Of a DNA stretch of 49,902 nt, positions 28,327 to 36,307 are shown one piece after another; positions within the stretch are counted from its first letter, which is position 1; each line of letters begins with the position of its first letter. The position numbers were made by a program, and so were the translations under genes. Source of the DNA: a virus (lineage: Duplodnaviria; Caudoviricetes); IMG/VR virus record IMGVR_UViG_3300046057_000005, positions 1 to 49,902 of that record; one strand, 5' to 3'. The notes beneath the pieces are model-generated. The model had not been told where the DNA came from. It did no database searches and saw only the letters and a program-made list of their open reading frames with translations.

Positions 28327-29346
28327 ATGACCGATTTAGCAATTCCGACGCTGGATGCTACCGTTCGGTCGCTCGTTACGTCGAAGCTGAACCGATTCGG
28401 CGCGGGAACGGACGGCTGGATACAGCCAGATTCAAGCGCGTTTCTCGCGGATCGATACGCAGAAATCGATCAAAGCAACGTTCCGCTCGGCGGCTTCGAA
28501 TATCTGCCGGGCGCATCGGGCGGCGGGTCAGCCGACTTCAACCACGGCGAAGCGGTCGTTTCCGGAGCGTGGGTCGCCCGCGATAGGACGACCACGGTAA
28601 GCCTTCCTACCGAAGCAACGACCACGATTTATGTCGGATACGACGCCGGCGAGACGAACACCGTAATTCTCGGGAAAGTCGGGGCGTTCGTTCCCGACGA
28701 CCCACGAATCCCACTATGGGAGCTAACGACGGACGGAAGCGGCGCAATAACCGGTCAAACGGACTTACGCCGAACCTCCTACGAGATAGACGCCATAGCA
28801 AGCCAGTACGATAGCACGGCGAGCGGCGTCGTAGACGACGCCGAAGACGCCCAAGAACTCGGCGGCGAGCCACCGGGCGATTGGATGCGCGCGGATACGA
28901 GCGACGAGTTCGAAGCGGTTCCCGCTTTCGGCGCTAAAAACACACCGCAAAGCCCGCCGGGGACGGGTAGCGGCGAAGTATGGCGGGCTGGCGGGTATGT
29001 AGCCGATAGTAGCATGGCCGTTCAAGGCGGCTTCGGCCGCGTCGCATGGACGTGGAATTGTTATTATGATAATGCGTCGAACGATTGGCGGTATGAATCG
29101 GGTAGCGACTCGGCGATGCTTGTTCTGTTAAGTAAGACAGGGGAAATCAGATTCTTAACGGCGGGTGCTGGTACTGCCGACGACCCGATTCCGTTCGACA
29201 GCGTGAACGTCTCAGACGGTTCTATCAAAAGCGATTCGTTCCAATTCACGAACTATCAGACAAAATCAGACGTTCCTAACCTTGTAGAAGGTGAAATGGT
29301 GTATGTCTCGGATAAAAAACAGTTCTATTTTGAGAACGGTGTGTGA
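28327..29346 (+). CDS. tail fibre protein
   Basis: RIPLWELTTDG...ITGQTDLR fibre-attachment pattern; TATA at 28296-28302. Confidence 0.65.
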   Translation: MTDLAIPTLDATVRSLVTSKLNRFGAGTDGWIQPDSSAFLADRYAEIDQSNVPLGGFEYLPGASGGGSADFNHGEAVVSGAWVARDRTTTVSLPTEATTTIYVGYDAGETNTVILGKVGAFVPDDPRIPLWELTTDGSGAITGQTDLRRTSYEIDAIASQYDSTASGVVDDAEDAQELGGEPPGDWMRADTSDEFEAVPAFGAKNTPQSPPGTGSGEVWRAGGYVADSSMAVQGGFGRVAWTWNCYYDNASNDWRYESGSDSAMLVLLSKTGEIRFLTAGAGTADDPIPFDSVNVSDGSIKSDSFQFTNYQTKSDVPNLVEGEMVYVSDKKQFYFENGV

Positions 29347-29348
29347 AA

Positions 29349-30056
29349 ATGACACTCAAACCACTTGGCGGCGGGGGCGGCAAGACTTATCGTATTTCAG
29401 ACACTCTAACCACCGATTACGATGATTACAGCGAGATCGTTTCGTTGTGGCAAAACACGCTCGTCACTGATCAGGACCTGATGGAAATGATTGCGGCGAG
29501 TGAGGAGACGATGCGTGTTCACGCTCGCACGCCGTGGATTATTGACGCGGTGGTGGGGTCGCAGACCGCTATTGACGCGGTGGTGGGGTCGCAGACCGCT
29601 ATTGAGGCGGTGGTGGGGTCGCAGACCGCGATGGCCATTTTTCTCTCCACTACAGCCGCCACCGATAGCATCTGGACGAGCGCAACAGCAAGCAAGACAA
29701 TTTGGGACGCAGTGACGCCTTCGAATGCCACGAAGAATTACGTTGACGGTCCCACGGGAAATGGCAAGGGGGTTCAAATCAGTCCGAATGCGGATTTTGA
29801 GGGGTCATTGCACCTTCCAGAAATAAATTTGGACGATGCTAATACGATAGCGTTTCAGACGAAACTCGATGCAGCTACGGAAAGTGACGACTATGCCGTG
29901 TCTATTAACGAGACAAATTTGTTTCAGATTGACGCTGGGTGGTCAGAACAAACCGCTGATGTATCTGGATTTGGTGGACGGCCTAAGATAGAAGTCGAGA
30001 ATACTGGGGGAACTTCAGATGAAAAAGCCTCAATAGCCAATATACATCTTTCATAA
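29349..30056 (+). CDS. putative receptor-binding protein with 10-aa repeats
   Basis: Last tail gene; lower GC; IDAVVGSQTA x3. Confidence 0.55.
   Translation: MTLKPLGGGGGKTYRISDTLTTDYDDYSEIVSLWQNTLVTDQDLMEMIAASEETMRVHARTPWIIDAVVGSQTAIDAVVGSQTAIEAVVGSQTAMAIFLSTTAATDSIWTSATASKTIWDAVTPSNATKNYVDGPTGNGKGVQISPNADFEGSLHLPEINLDDANTIAFQTKLDAATESDDYAVSINETNLFQIDAGWSEQTADVSGFGGRPKIEVENTGGTSDEKASIANIHLS
29541..29629 (+). repeat. 30-bp tandem repeat x3
   Basis: ATTGA(C/G)GCGGTGGTGGGGTCGCAGACCGC(T/G). Confidence 0.95.
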
Positions 30057-30160
30057 ACAAAGTCGTGTTCAAGTCCGTCCCGATTGGGAATAACCCGCTG
30101 ATTCTAACGCCATGTTGTCTAATCAATACCGGCGGTCAAAGAGCTTTGATAAAAGACTTA

Positions 30161-30493
30161 TCAGGACTCAAACCCTGTCCGACGGCCGATCCGAACCATG
30201 CCAAGTCCAAACACTATCATGACGTAACCGGCGGCGACGACCGGCGCGGTTTGTAAGAGTGAAACGAACACATCGTAGCCGACGATAATGACGCCGAGAA
30301 CCAGCGCCACCCGGCCGAAAATGACCATCATATTGCTCAGGCCGCGTGCGGGCGCTGTCTCGGTTTCGTCGCTCGCCGGGGGGCATACGTCGCCCCGATC
30401 GTTCGGCGGCGCATGAGCGTTGTCTTCGCCGCCACGTTCGTCTGATTCGGCTTCGTCGGCGATAGCCCGGACGCGGGCGAGTAAGTCACCCAT
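30161..30493 (-). CDS. membrane protein (2 TM)
   Basis: Two hydrophobic helices at the C-terminus. Confidence 0.6.
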   Translation of the reverse strand: MGDLLARVRAIADEAESDERGGEDNAHAPPNDRGDVCPPASDETETAPARGLSNMMVIFGRVALVLGVIIVGYDVFVSLLQTAPVVAAGYVMIVFGLGMVRIGRRTGFES

Positions 30494-30498
30494 CGCTA

Positions 30499-30750
30499 TC
30501 ACCCATCGGCCCAATCAGTATCAACGGCGGCGTCCCCATCGGCTTCGCCTTCGTTCTCGCTTTCGCCGTTTCCTTCGTCGTCGCGGGAACCCATGCCGAC
30601 GAGAACGATTGATAGGAGCAAGCCGGCGAACGCGAACGCCAGCATATCGGGCAACCCGATCATGCGGACGAACGCGAGCAATCCCGCGCCGACCGATGCG
30701 ACGAAAACCACCCATCCGACGAGTTCGATAGCGTATTTACCCCGACTCAT
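30499..30750 (-). CDS. membrane protein (2 TM)
   Basis: Hydrophobic hairpin followed by an acidic tail. Confidence 0.6.
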   Translation of the reverse strand: MSRGKYAIELVGWVVFVASVGAGLLAFVRMIGLPDMLAFAFAGLLLSIVLVGMGSRDDEGNGESENEGEADGDAAVDTDWADG

Positions 30751-30757
30751 GAGTTTA

Positions 30758-31024
30758 TCAACCGTCTTCGGCGTTGTCGGCGTCGCGGTCGTCCGCGCTG
30801 GAGGGTACAACCACCGATGCGCTCGAAGCCTCTTTTTTGAGAGATACCGCGGCGTTTCGGGCGGCGTATTCGGACGTATAGCCTTCGCCGCTATCGGCTA
30901 TTATGTTCCCGTTCGCCGCAACCAACCGCCAGCGCCATTCGCCGCCGCTATCTTCGTATAGTTCAAACTCGCTATTCCGTCCGTCCACGTCGCTCGCGTC
31001 GTTTTGATTCTCGTTCTCGCTCAT
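30758..31024 (-). CDS. DUF1508/YegP (HVO_2922-like) protein
   Basis: FELYEDSGGEWRWRLVAANGNIIADSGEGY signature. Confidence 0.85.
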   Translation of the reverse strand: MSENENQNDASDVDGRNSEFELYEDSGGEWRWRLVAANGNIIADSGEGYTSEYAARNAAVSLKKEASSASVVVPSSADDRDADNAEDG

Positions 31025-31308
31025 GATCGGTTAGCCCCGCTTGCTTTGGCGGTATCGGTTTCGTCTTCGGCGTCGTCGCCCAAACCACGCCAGATATGGG
31101 CGCACGTTCCGCAAACGCCAGCGTCGTCGGCGTCTTGGGAGTTCTCGCCGAGCGGTTCGTCTACCTGTACGAACGGACCCGACGACGTTCGCCCGCATAG
31201 CGATTCAACGGGACTATCAGCGCGTCCGTCGCTGCCGTTCTCGCTTTGAACGGCGTCGTCGCGGTAGTAATGCGATTGGTACGGATCGGTGGGTTCGGTC
31301 GTATGCAT
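31021..31308 (-). CDS. Cys/His hypothetical protein
   Basis: H...SLCG...CGTC; GTCTTAC box 6 nt upstream. Confidence 0.6.
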   Translation of the reverse strand: MHTTEPTDPYQSHYYRDDAVQSENGSDGRADSPVESLCGRTSSGPFVQVDEPLGENSQDADDAGVCGTCAHIWRGLGDDAEDETDTAKASGANRS

Positions 31309-31372
31309 CGGTTCGTCTTACGGGCCGCCACGTAAAATAGGTATCGGCGAGCGCTCCAGCCCGATAGAGTTG

Positions 31373-31456
31373 GATAGCGACGAACTCGAATTAGACGCCG
31401 TAGGCGTCTAATTCGAGCGCCCCGAGTTCGAAGGTTCACCCGGCGCTATCGCTATC
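31373..31456. repeat. nested inverted repeat / long hairpin
   Basis: Perfect 15-bp stem CTCGAATTAGACGCC-GTA-GGCGTCTAATTCGAG (31385-31417) plus outer complementary 8-mers. Confidence 0.85.
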
Positions 31457-31505
31457 GTTTCTCGTCGTGTTCGCAAAAAGTGCAAAGTTCGCGCGACGCT
31501 TCGCG

Positions 31506-31901
31506 TTATTCGTCGGCGTCTGCGTCGTCCCCCGCTGGTTCAGCCGCGCCGTCGGCGTCGCCGACCCCATCGGGAACGCCGTTTTCAACTATTTCTTCGG
31601 CGTCGTCGCGGCGAATGTATAGTTCATCCGCGACGCGATACGCCGGTTCGGGAGCGTCCCGCGGGTGTCGGTACACGTCGAAGGCTTCCGCCAGCCGTTC
31701 AAGCGCGGCGCGCCCCTCGTAATCGCCAATTTTTACCTCTAATTCTCCCTGAACGATGCCTTCCGCTTCGTGTTCGACACTGATCGATTCGACCCCGACC
31801 GAAGGGGGCAGCGAACCGATTATCTCGGCGAACGCCCGCATGAAGACGGGCGCGACGCCTTTGCTCCAGCGGTTCGTTCGCCGGTCGTACTCGTCGCTCA
31901 T
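31506..31901 (-). CDS. hypothetical protein
   Basis: MSDEYDRR start, ATGA-coupled; acidic. Confidence 0.65.
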   Translation of the reverse strand: MSDEYDRRTNRWSKGVAPVFMRAFAEIIGSLPPSVGVESISVEHEAEGIVQGELEVKIGDYEGRAALERLAEAFDVYRHPRDAPEPAYRVADELYIRRDDAEEIVENGVPDGVGDADGAAEPAGDDADADE

Positions 31902-32035
31902 GCGCCGCGCCCCTGTTCGCAAGGATTACATAGCCGTCGAATCTCGCCGGTTTCTACGTTTTCGTATTTAATCACGTCTTCGCCACTACCGCACTCGCAT
32001 TGGCCGGCAAAGCTAACCGCCTTCCAGTTCGTCAT
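31898..32035 (-). CDS. 45-aa Zn-finger micro-protein (CECG...CNPC), not in ORF track
   Basis: Manual translation; ATGA overlaps at both ends. Confidence 0.7.
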   Translation of the reverse strand: MTNWKAVSFAGQCECGSGEDVIKYENVETGEIRRLCNPCEQGRGA

Positions 32036-32154
32036 GTTTCGACTTCAACCCCTGTTCCGCAATCCGGGCAATCGCCCGTTTTCATCGCTTCAGCCCCGTC
32101 GTCGGCATTCAGCGTTTTCTGACAGTCGGGGCAATAGAGGGATATACGGGTCAT
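32032..32154 (-). CDS. 40-aa CPxCG micro-protein (CPDC...CPDCG), not in ORF track
   Basis: Manual translation; ATGA overlaps at both ends. Confidence 0.75.
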   Translation of the reverse strand: MTRISLYCPDCQKTLNADDGAEAMKTGDCPDCGTGVEVET

Positions 32155-33695
32155 GCTTCGCCCCCATCATAGAACTCGCCAGCTACGTCGGTCGGTTCTT
32201 TTTCGGATTCCCCGACTTCGGACTTTACCGCGGCGGCGAGCGCCCGGTTCAGCCCCTTAATGTCGGCTAATTCCTCTTGGGTCGCATCGCGTAGGTCGTC
32301 TATTGATCGGATACCAGCGTCGTATAGCATATGGGCTTTGTGCGCCGAGATACGCGGGACGCTGGTTAGTTCGTTCAGAACGCCGTCGGGGGCTTCGTCT
32401 TTGCCGCCGTGTTCGTCCGATAGCTCAAGCGGAACGAACGCATTACGTTCGTCTTCGCTCATGGATTCGATTGCCTCGTTAACGCGAACGCGACCTTCAA
32501 CCGAGATAGCCCCGGCCCAGCGTTCGTCCGCGTCGTCGGGCGCGTCGCGGCGCGTCATGAGTCCCTTGCGGTATGCCGACCCACCCGACCACATTCGATA
32601 GGTAGCCAGCCGGTCGGTGAGCGGCGTGCGCTCGGCTACGTCGCTCGCTGTATAGTGTTCAGCGTAGGGTTGGCGTGCGAGCCATTCGAGGAACTTGAAC
32701 AGTTTCGTATCCGCAAGAAGGGGTCCGTCGGCGAGCGACATATCCGGCGGCCGGCTGAACTTAGTTTTCTCCAGCGGTTCGGTGGGTAGTCGCTCAATCA
32801 CCGGATCAACGCCGTCTTGGCCGCTCACATCGCGCTCGTTGTGTTTGTTTGCGTCCGAAGGGGTAGCGTCGGGGTTCGGCGCGTCGTCGCTCATGCCGTC
32901 GCTGGGCGCGTTCTCGTCGCCGTCCGCGTCGTCGGACCCGTCGAGAAAGCTCACTTCGATACTCGTTTGCTCACCCGGCGGGTCGTGACGCTTGGATACG
33001 TCGGTTTCGTCGGCGTTCTCGCGCCCGCCCGCGCGTGGGGCGGATTCGTCTTCCGAACCGTCGCCGTCGTCGGGTTCGGGAACGTCCATTCCGACGCCGG
33101 CCGCGAAGCCTTCGGGGTCGTTCTCGTCGTCTTCGCCATTGATTAACTCGTCGGGAATCCCGCCGCTTTCCTCCATTATCTCCCTCATTTCAGCAAAGAA
33201 CCCCTCCGCCACGTCTTCGCGCTCGGCTTGCGGGTTCTCGCTGCCTTCGTCGTCGTCCATCAACCCCGTCAAGTCGTCCGGCGCGAACGGTTCGCCGTCT
33301 ACGTCGGTCGGTTCGTCTTCGTCGTCGCCGAAGCGGGCGGCAATAGCGTCCACTTCGCCGGGCGTAAGCGGCCGCTCCACCTTTTCGGCGTACTTCAATG
33401 TCGCCGCCATGCGCTTCGCGCCGGTGCTTGGCGACGCCGCCATTCCGGGTATCATATTGGCGAGCGACTTCGGGATGTAAGACGGACCTTTCGCATCCAG
33501 CCAGTCACGGAAGTCCATCGAACAGCCCGCACAAAGCGCGAACGGTTCGCTCGCAGGTTCGGTGATTTGAACCCCGCCTTCGTTCATCCCTTCGCGTCCG
33601 AACTCGCCGTTCACGACCTCGTAAGTTCCCGTCGAAACTTCGCCGCCGCAACGGGCGCACGTTTCGCCGTCCGCACCGTTGATTGCTCCCTTCAT
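32151..33695 (-). CDS. Zn-finger / acidic linker / helix-hairpin-helix protein
   Basis: N-terminal CARC...CAGC; C-terminal LYDAGIRSIDDLRDATQEELADIKGL (HhH). Confidence 0.75.
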   Translation of the reverse strand: MKGAINGADGETCARCGGEVSTGTYEVVNGEFGREGMNEGGVQITEPASEPFALCAGCSMDFRDWLDAKGPSYIPKSLANMIPGMAASPSTGAKRMAATLKYAEKVERPLTPGEVDAIAARFGDDEDEPTDVDGEPFAPDDLTGLMDDDEGSENPQAEREDVAEGFFAEMREIMEESGGIPDELINGEDDENDPEGFAAGVGMDVPEPDDGDGSEDESAPRAGGRENADETDVSKRHDPPGEQTSIEVSFLDGSDDADGDENAPSDGMSDDAPNPDATPSDANKHNERDVSGQDGVDPVIERLPTEPLEKTKFSRPPDMSLADGPLLADTKLFKFLEWLARQPYAEHYTASDVAERTPLTDRLATYRMWSGGSAYRKGLMTRRDAPDDADERWAGAISVEGRVRVNEAIESMSEDERNAFVPLELSDEHGGKDEAPDGVLNELTSVPRISAHKAHMLYDAGIRSIDDLRDATQEELADIKGLNRALAAAVKSEVGESEKEPTDVAGEFYDGGEA

Positions 33696-33910
33696 TGGTC
33701 GAACTTCGAACCCCAATTGATTGTCACGCCAGTACCCTCGCAATTCTCCGGCGTTTTCGCATGTTTCACCGCTTGAAGGATTCGGGCGGCTCGGTCGCCC
33801 AAATCAATTATAGCGGCTTCGGAAACCGCTTCGTCTTCGAACTCCGCGGTAATGTCTATACTGCCGTCAACCCCTTCGATCGATATTCCGTTTCGTTCGT
33901 GTTTCGTCAT
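33692..33910 (-). CDS. hypothetical protein
   Basis: MTKHERNG start; ATGA-coupled. Confidence 0.6.
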   Translation of the reverse strand: MTKHERNGISIEGVDGSIDITAEFEDEAVSEAAIIDLGDRAARILQAVKHAKTPENCEGTGVTINWGSKFDQ

Positions 33911-34104
33911 GATTGCGTTCCTCCGCTCGCATCCGCGCCCGCGTCCGCGTCGTCTTCGTATTCGTCGCATCTTGGTTCGTGGCTCAGTCGTTGATCTTCG
34001 GTAAGGAACCCACGGCCGCACCCACGGCAAGACGGTAGCGTAACCGACGGGTGGGGTTCTTGCTCCAGCCGCTCGGTCGCACCGGGCTTCCGATCGGTAC
34101 TCAT
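33907..34104 (-). CDS. C2HC Zn-finger protein
   Basis: CRGCGRGF...SHEPRC; ATGA-coupled. Confidence 0.7.
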   Translation of the reverse strand: MSTDRKPGATERLEQEPHPSVTLPSCRGCGRGFLTEDQRLSHEPRCDEYEDDADAGADASGGTQS

Positions 34105-34268
34105 ACCGAACCACCGTAAACGTCGGCAAGGCATGACCCACAGATTTGCACCTGAACCCCGCTGGCTCGGTCGCGTACCAGATAGTACGCGGTGCGTCCT
34201 TCGTCGCAACCTTCGCAATCGCCATACTGTTCGGCTTCGTTCTCGGGGGCGTCGCGCTCGTCGGTCAT
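34101..34268 (-). CDS. 55-aa Zn-finger micro-protein (CEGC...CGSC), not in ORF track
   Basis: Manual translation; ATGA overlaps at both ends. Confidence 0.7.
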   Translation of the reverse strand: MTDERDAPENEAEQYGDCEGCDEGRTAYYLVRDRASGVQVQICGSCLADVYGGSV

Positions 34269-35584
34269 GCAATCACCTCGTTATCGTTACCGCTACCGTT
34301 CTCGTCGCCGGATTCGCCGGATTCGCCGGATTCGTCGGCTTCGTCGTCGCCGTTCTCGCTGGCTTCCTGAAACATGTCTCTTAGCCGGTTCTGAATCGAA
34401 CCGTATTCTTCGACGGCTTCGCGCGTCGTTTCGCGCCGCTCGTTCAGCGTTTCGCGCGTTTCCTTCGCTTCCAAGCGCGATTGCTCCGCAAGACCGGCGC
34501 GCGCCGAATCCAGCGCGTTATTCTCGGCGGCTCCGGGAGTGCTCAGGATTCTGTTTGCCGTCTGAACATGGCCGCGAATCGCTTGACCATCGGTCTTGCT
34601 GGTAAAGCCGTCGGCGAGCGTTACTGATAGCGCTCGGTACAACTCCCATGCCGAAAGCGTGGCGTTCGCGGTTGACCGTCTGCCGTCCGGCAGACGGTCG
34701 CTATCCACGGCGTCGCTGGCGACGGTGCTGGGGATACCGTTCGCTTCGTAGAACTCAATCGGCGAATACGGTAGTTCGCCGAACGGGACGCGGTACTCTT
34801 GGGCTTCGCTGATAACGCGAAACAGCGTTTCGCTCACCGTATCCAGCCCGTCGATTATCTCGCTATACCATGCGGCCGTTTCGCTCGCGCTATCGCCTGA
34901 TTCTTCGTCGGCGCTCTTTCTATGGCGACGGCGACGCGCTTCGTCCAAATGGCGCATGGTCGCGCCCGTGCTCATGTCGAAGGCGATAGGCGTGGCGTAC
35001 AGCGTTTGGTTGCGAAAGTAGTCCTTTCCCGTCGTGATACCCATGACGAACGCCGCGTCCGATCCGTTGGCGTCCTTGCCGTCGGGTATTGTCACCTGAT
35101 ACGAGGGAAAGAACACGTCTACGTGGACTTCGCCGCCGTTCTTGTATTCCCGAGCCATACCAAACACGTCGGGGGATTCGTACTTGCCGGCGTCTTCGCG
35201 CTCGTTTAGCTTTCGCCGAGCGGTAGCGAGCAACGGACCGAACGCTTCGGTCGGCGTCACTACGTCATACGAGCGCGTCGGGACGTTCCACGCGGCGGAC
35301 TCTTGTGGGCTATCCTCAAGCCCGTCGCCCAGCCACGCGGGGTTAACGACCGCGGCGTTCCGTTCGATTTCTACGTATTCGCCGCGTTCTTCGTCCCAAT
35401 AGAAGACGGGCGTAGCCGTCGCCTTCGGTAGCGCCTGAATCGCGTTCTGGAGGGAGGTCGCCGCCTTCGTCTTACCCCCATCCATCATTTTCAGCGCGTC
35501 GCGGAACGGGTCGGGCATGTTCTCGGGGTCTGTTCTACTGTTCGAATCGATCCCCACAAAGGGGCGGGTTAGTTGCGCGTTCAT
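34265..35584 (-). CDS. DUF932-like protein (tentative)
   Basis: YDVVTPTEAF..GGEV and SAWELYRAL resemble the DUF932 plasmid/phage family. Confidence 0.45.
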   Translation of the reverse strand: MNAQLTRPFVGIDSNSRTDPENMPDPFRDALKMMDGGKTKAATSLQNAIQALPKATATPVFYWDEERGEYVEIERNAAVVNPAWLGDGLEDSPQESAAWNVPTRSYDVVTPTEAFGPLLATARRKLNEREDAGKYESPDVFGMAREYKNGGEVHVDVFFPSYQVTIPDGKDANGSDAAFVMGITTGKDYFRNQTLYATPIAFDMSTGATMRHLDEARRRRHRKSADEESGDSASETAAWYSEIIDGLDTVSETLFRVISEAQEYRVPFGELPYSPIEFYEANGIPSTVASDAVDSDRLPDGRRSTANATLSAWELYRALSVTLADGFTSKTDGQAIRGHVQTANRILSTPGAAENNALDSARAGLAEQSRLEAKETRETLNERRETTREAVEEYGSIQNRLRDMFQEASENGDDEADESGESGESGDENGSGNDNEVIA

Positions 35585-35587
35585 GGA

Positions 35588-35785
35588 TTACCTCACTACG
35601 ATTACCGCGGTTGCAAGCGCGACGACGCCAGCCGCCGCGCCGACTATCAGCCGCACGGTCGAAACCTCGCCGTCCAAAACGAACGCGGTAACGATCGAAA
35701 CGGCGAGAACGTAGACGACCATCGCGGTCGCATCCCGCCGCGACCATATCGAAGCGCTCGCGGTACTGGGTTCTGGTTTGATCAT
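35588..35785 (-). CDS. small membrane protein (2 TM)
   Basis: Hydrophobic; within the operon. Confidence 0.6.
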   Translation of the reverse strand: MIKPEPSTASASIWSRRDATAMVVYVLAVSIVTAFVLDGEVSTVRLIVGAAAGVVALATAVIVVR

Positions 35786-35941
35786 CTATATCGCGTTCGG
35801 ACCGTCCCCGAAGGTAATCACCGGGCAATTGTTACAGGTATAGATTGCGTACCCGTAGCCCGTGTCTACCTTCGTATCAAGTAACTCACCGGGTTCTTTA
35901 CAGCCCGGACAGGGGACGACATCAAATTGTCCGTCGGTCAT
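35786..35941 (-). CDS. 51-aa Zn-finger micro-protein (CPGC...CNNC), not in ORF track
   Basis: Manual translation; coupled on both sides. Confidence 0.7.
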   Translation of the reverse strand: MTDGQFDVVPCPGCKEPGELLDTKVDTGYGYAIYTCNNCPVITFGDGPNAI

Positions 35942-36117
35942 TCGGTGCTATCCTCCAGCGGGTCGTTCGGACCGAGGATTTCAGCGCCGCCGTTAGGATT
36001 CGCTACGATTATCGGGTCTACGTCGTCGGTCGCCGCGTAGGCCGTTCCGTCGTCGGCGTCGCCGCTACCCTCGTAATCGCCTAACGTGGCTTCGGTCCGT
36101 GTTCGGTCGGATACCAT
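35938..36117 (-). CDS. 59-aa acidic protein, first gene of the operon, not in ORF track
   Basis: MVSDRTRTEA...; promoter at 36157-36190; ATGA overlap with the next gene. Confidence 0.6.
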   Translation of the reverse strand: MVSDRTRTEATLGDYEGSGDADDGTAYAATDDVDPIIVANPNGGAEILGPNDPLEDSTE

Positions 36118-36156
36118 AGCGTTCAGATACGGGGTCCGTTCCGCTACGTTCGCCCG

Positions 36157-36190
36157 TATCGGTCCGTAAGACGGACCGGGGCATTATAAA
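36157..36190 (-). promoter_or_regulatory. family-B promoter with palindromic operator
   Basis: Minus-strand TTTATAA; CGGTCCGT-AAG-ACGGACCG perfect inverted repeat; matches the copies at 38460 and 40211. Confidence 0.7.
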
Positions 36191-36307
36191 ACTATGCGTT
36201 TAGATATTCCCGCTGAATCCATTTGGCTATAGCCAAACGGCCATTGCGGTATAACGAAAAGGCTTCGGTCGGGCGATACCTACGAACCGACGACACCGAC
36301 GAATCAG

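Noticed and set aside
18739-32916. 107-bp repeat interpreted as a diversity-generating retroelement TR/VR pair or shufflon
   Set aside because: The copies are identical with no adenine-specific mismatches, and no reverse transcriptase or invertase is recognisable.
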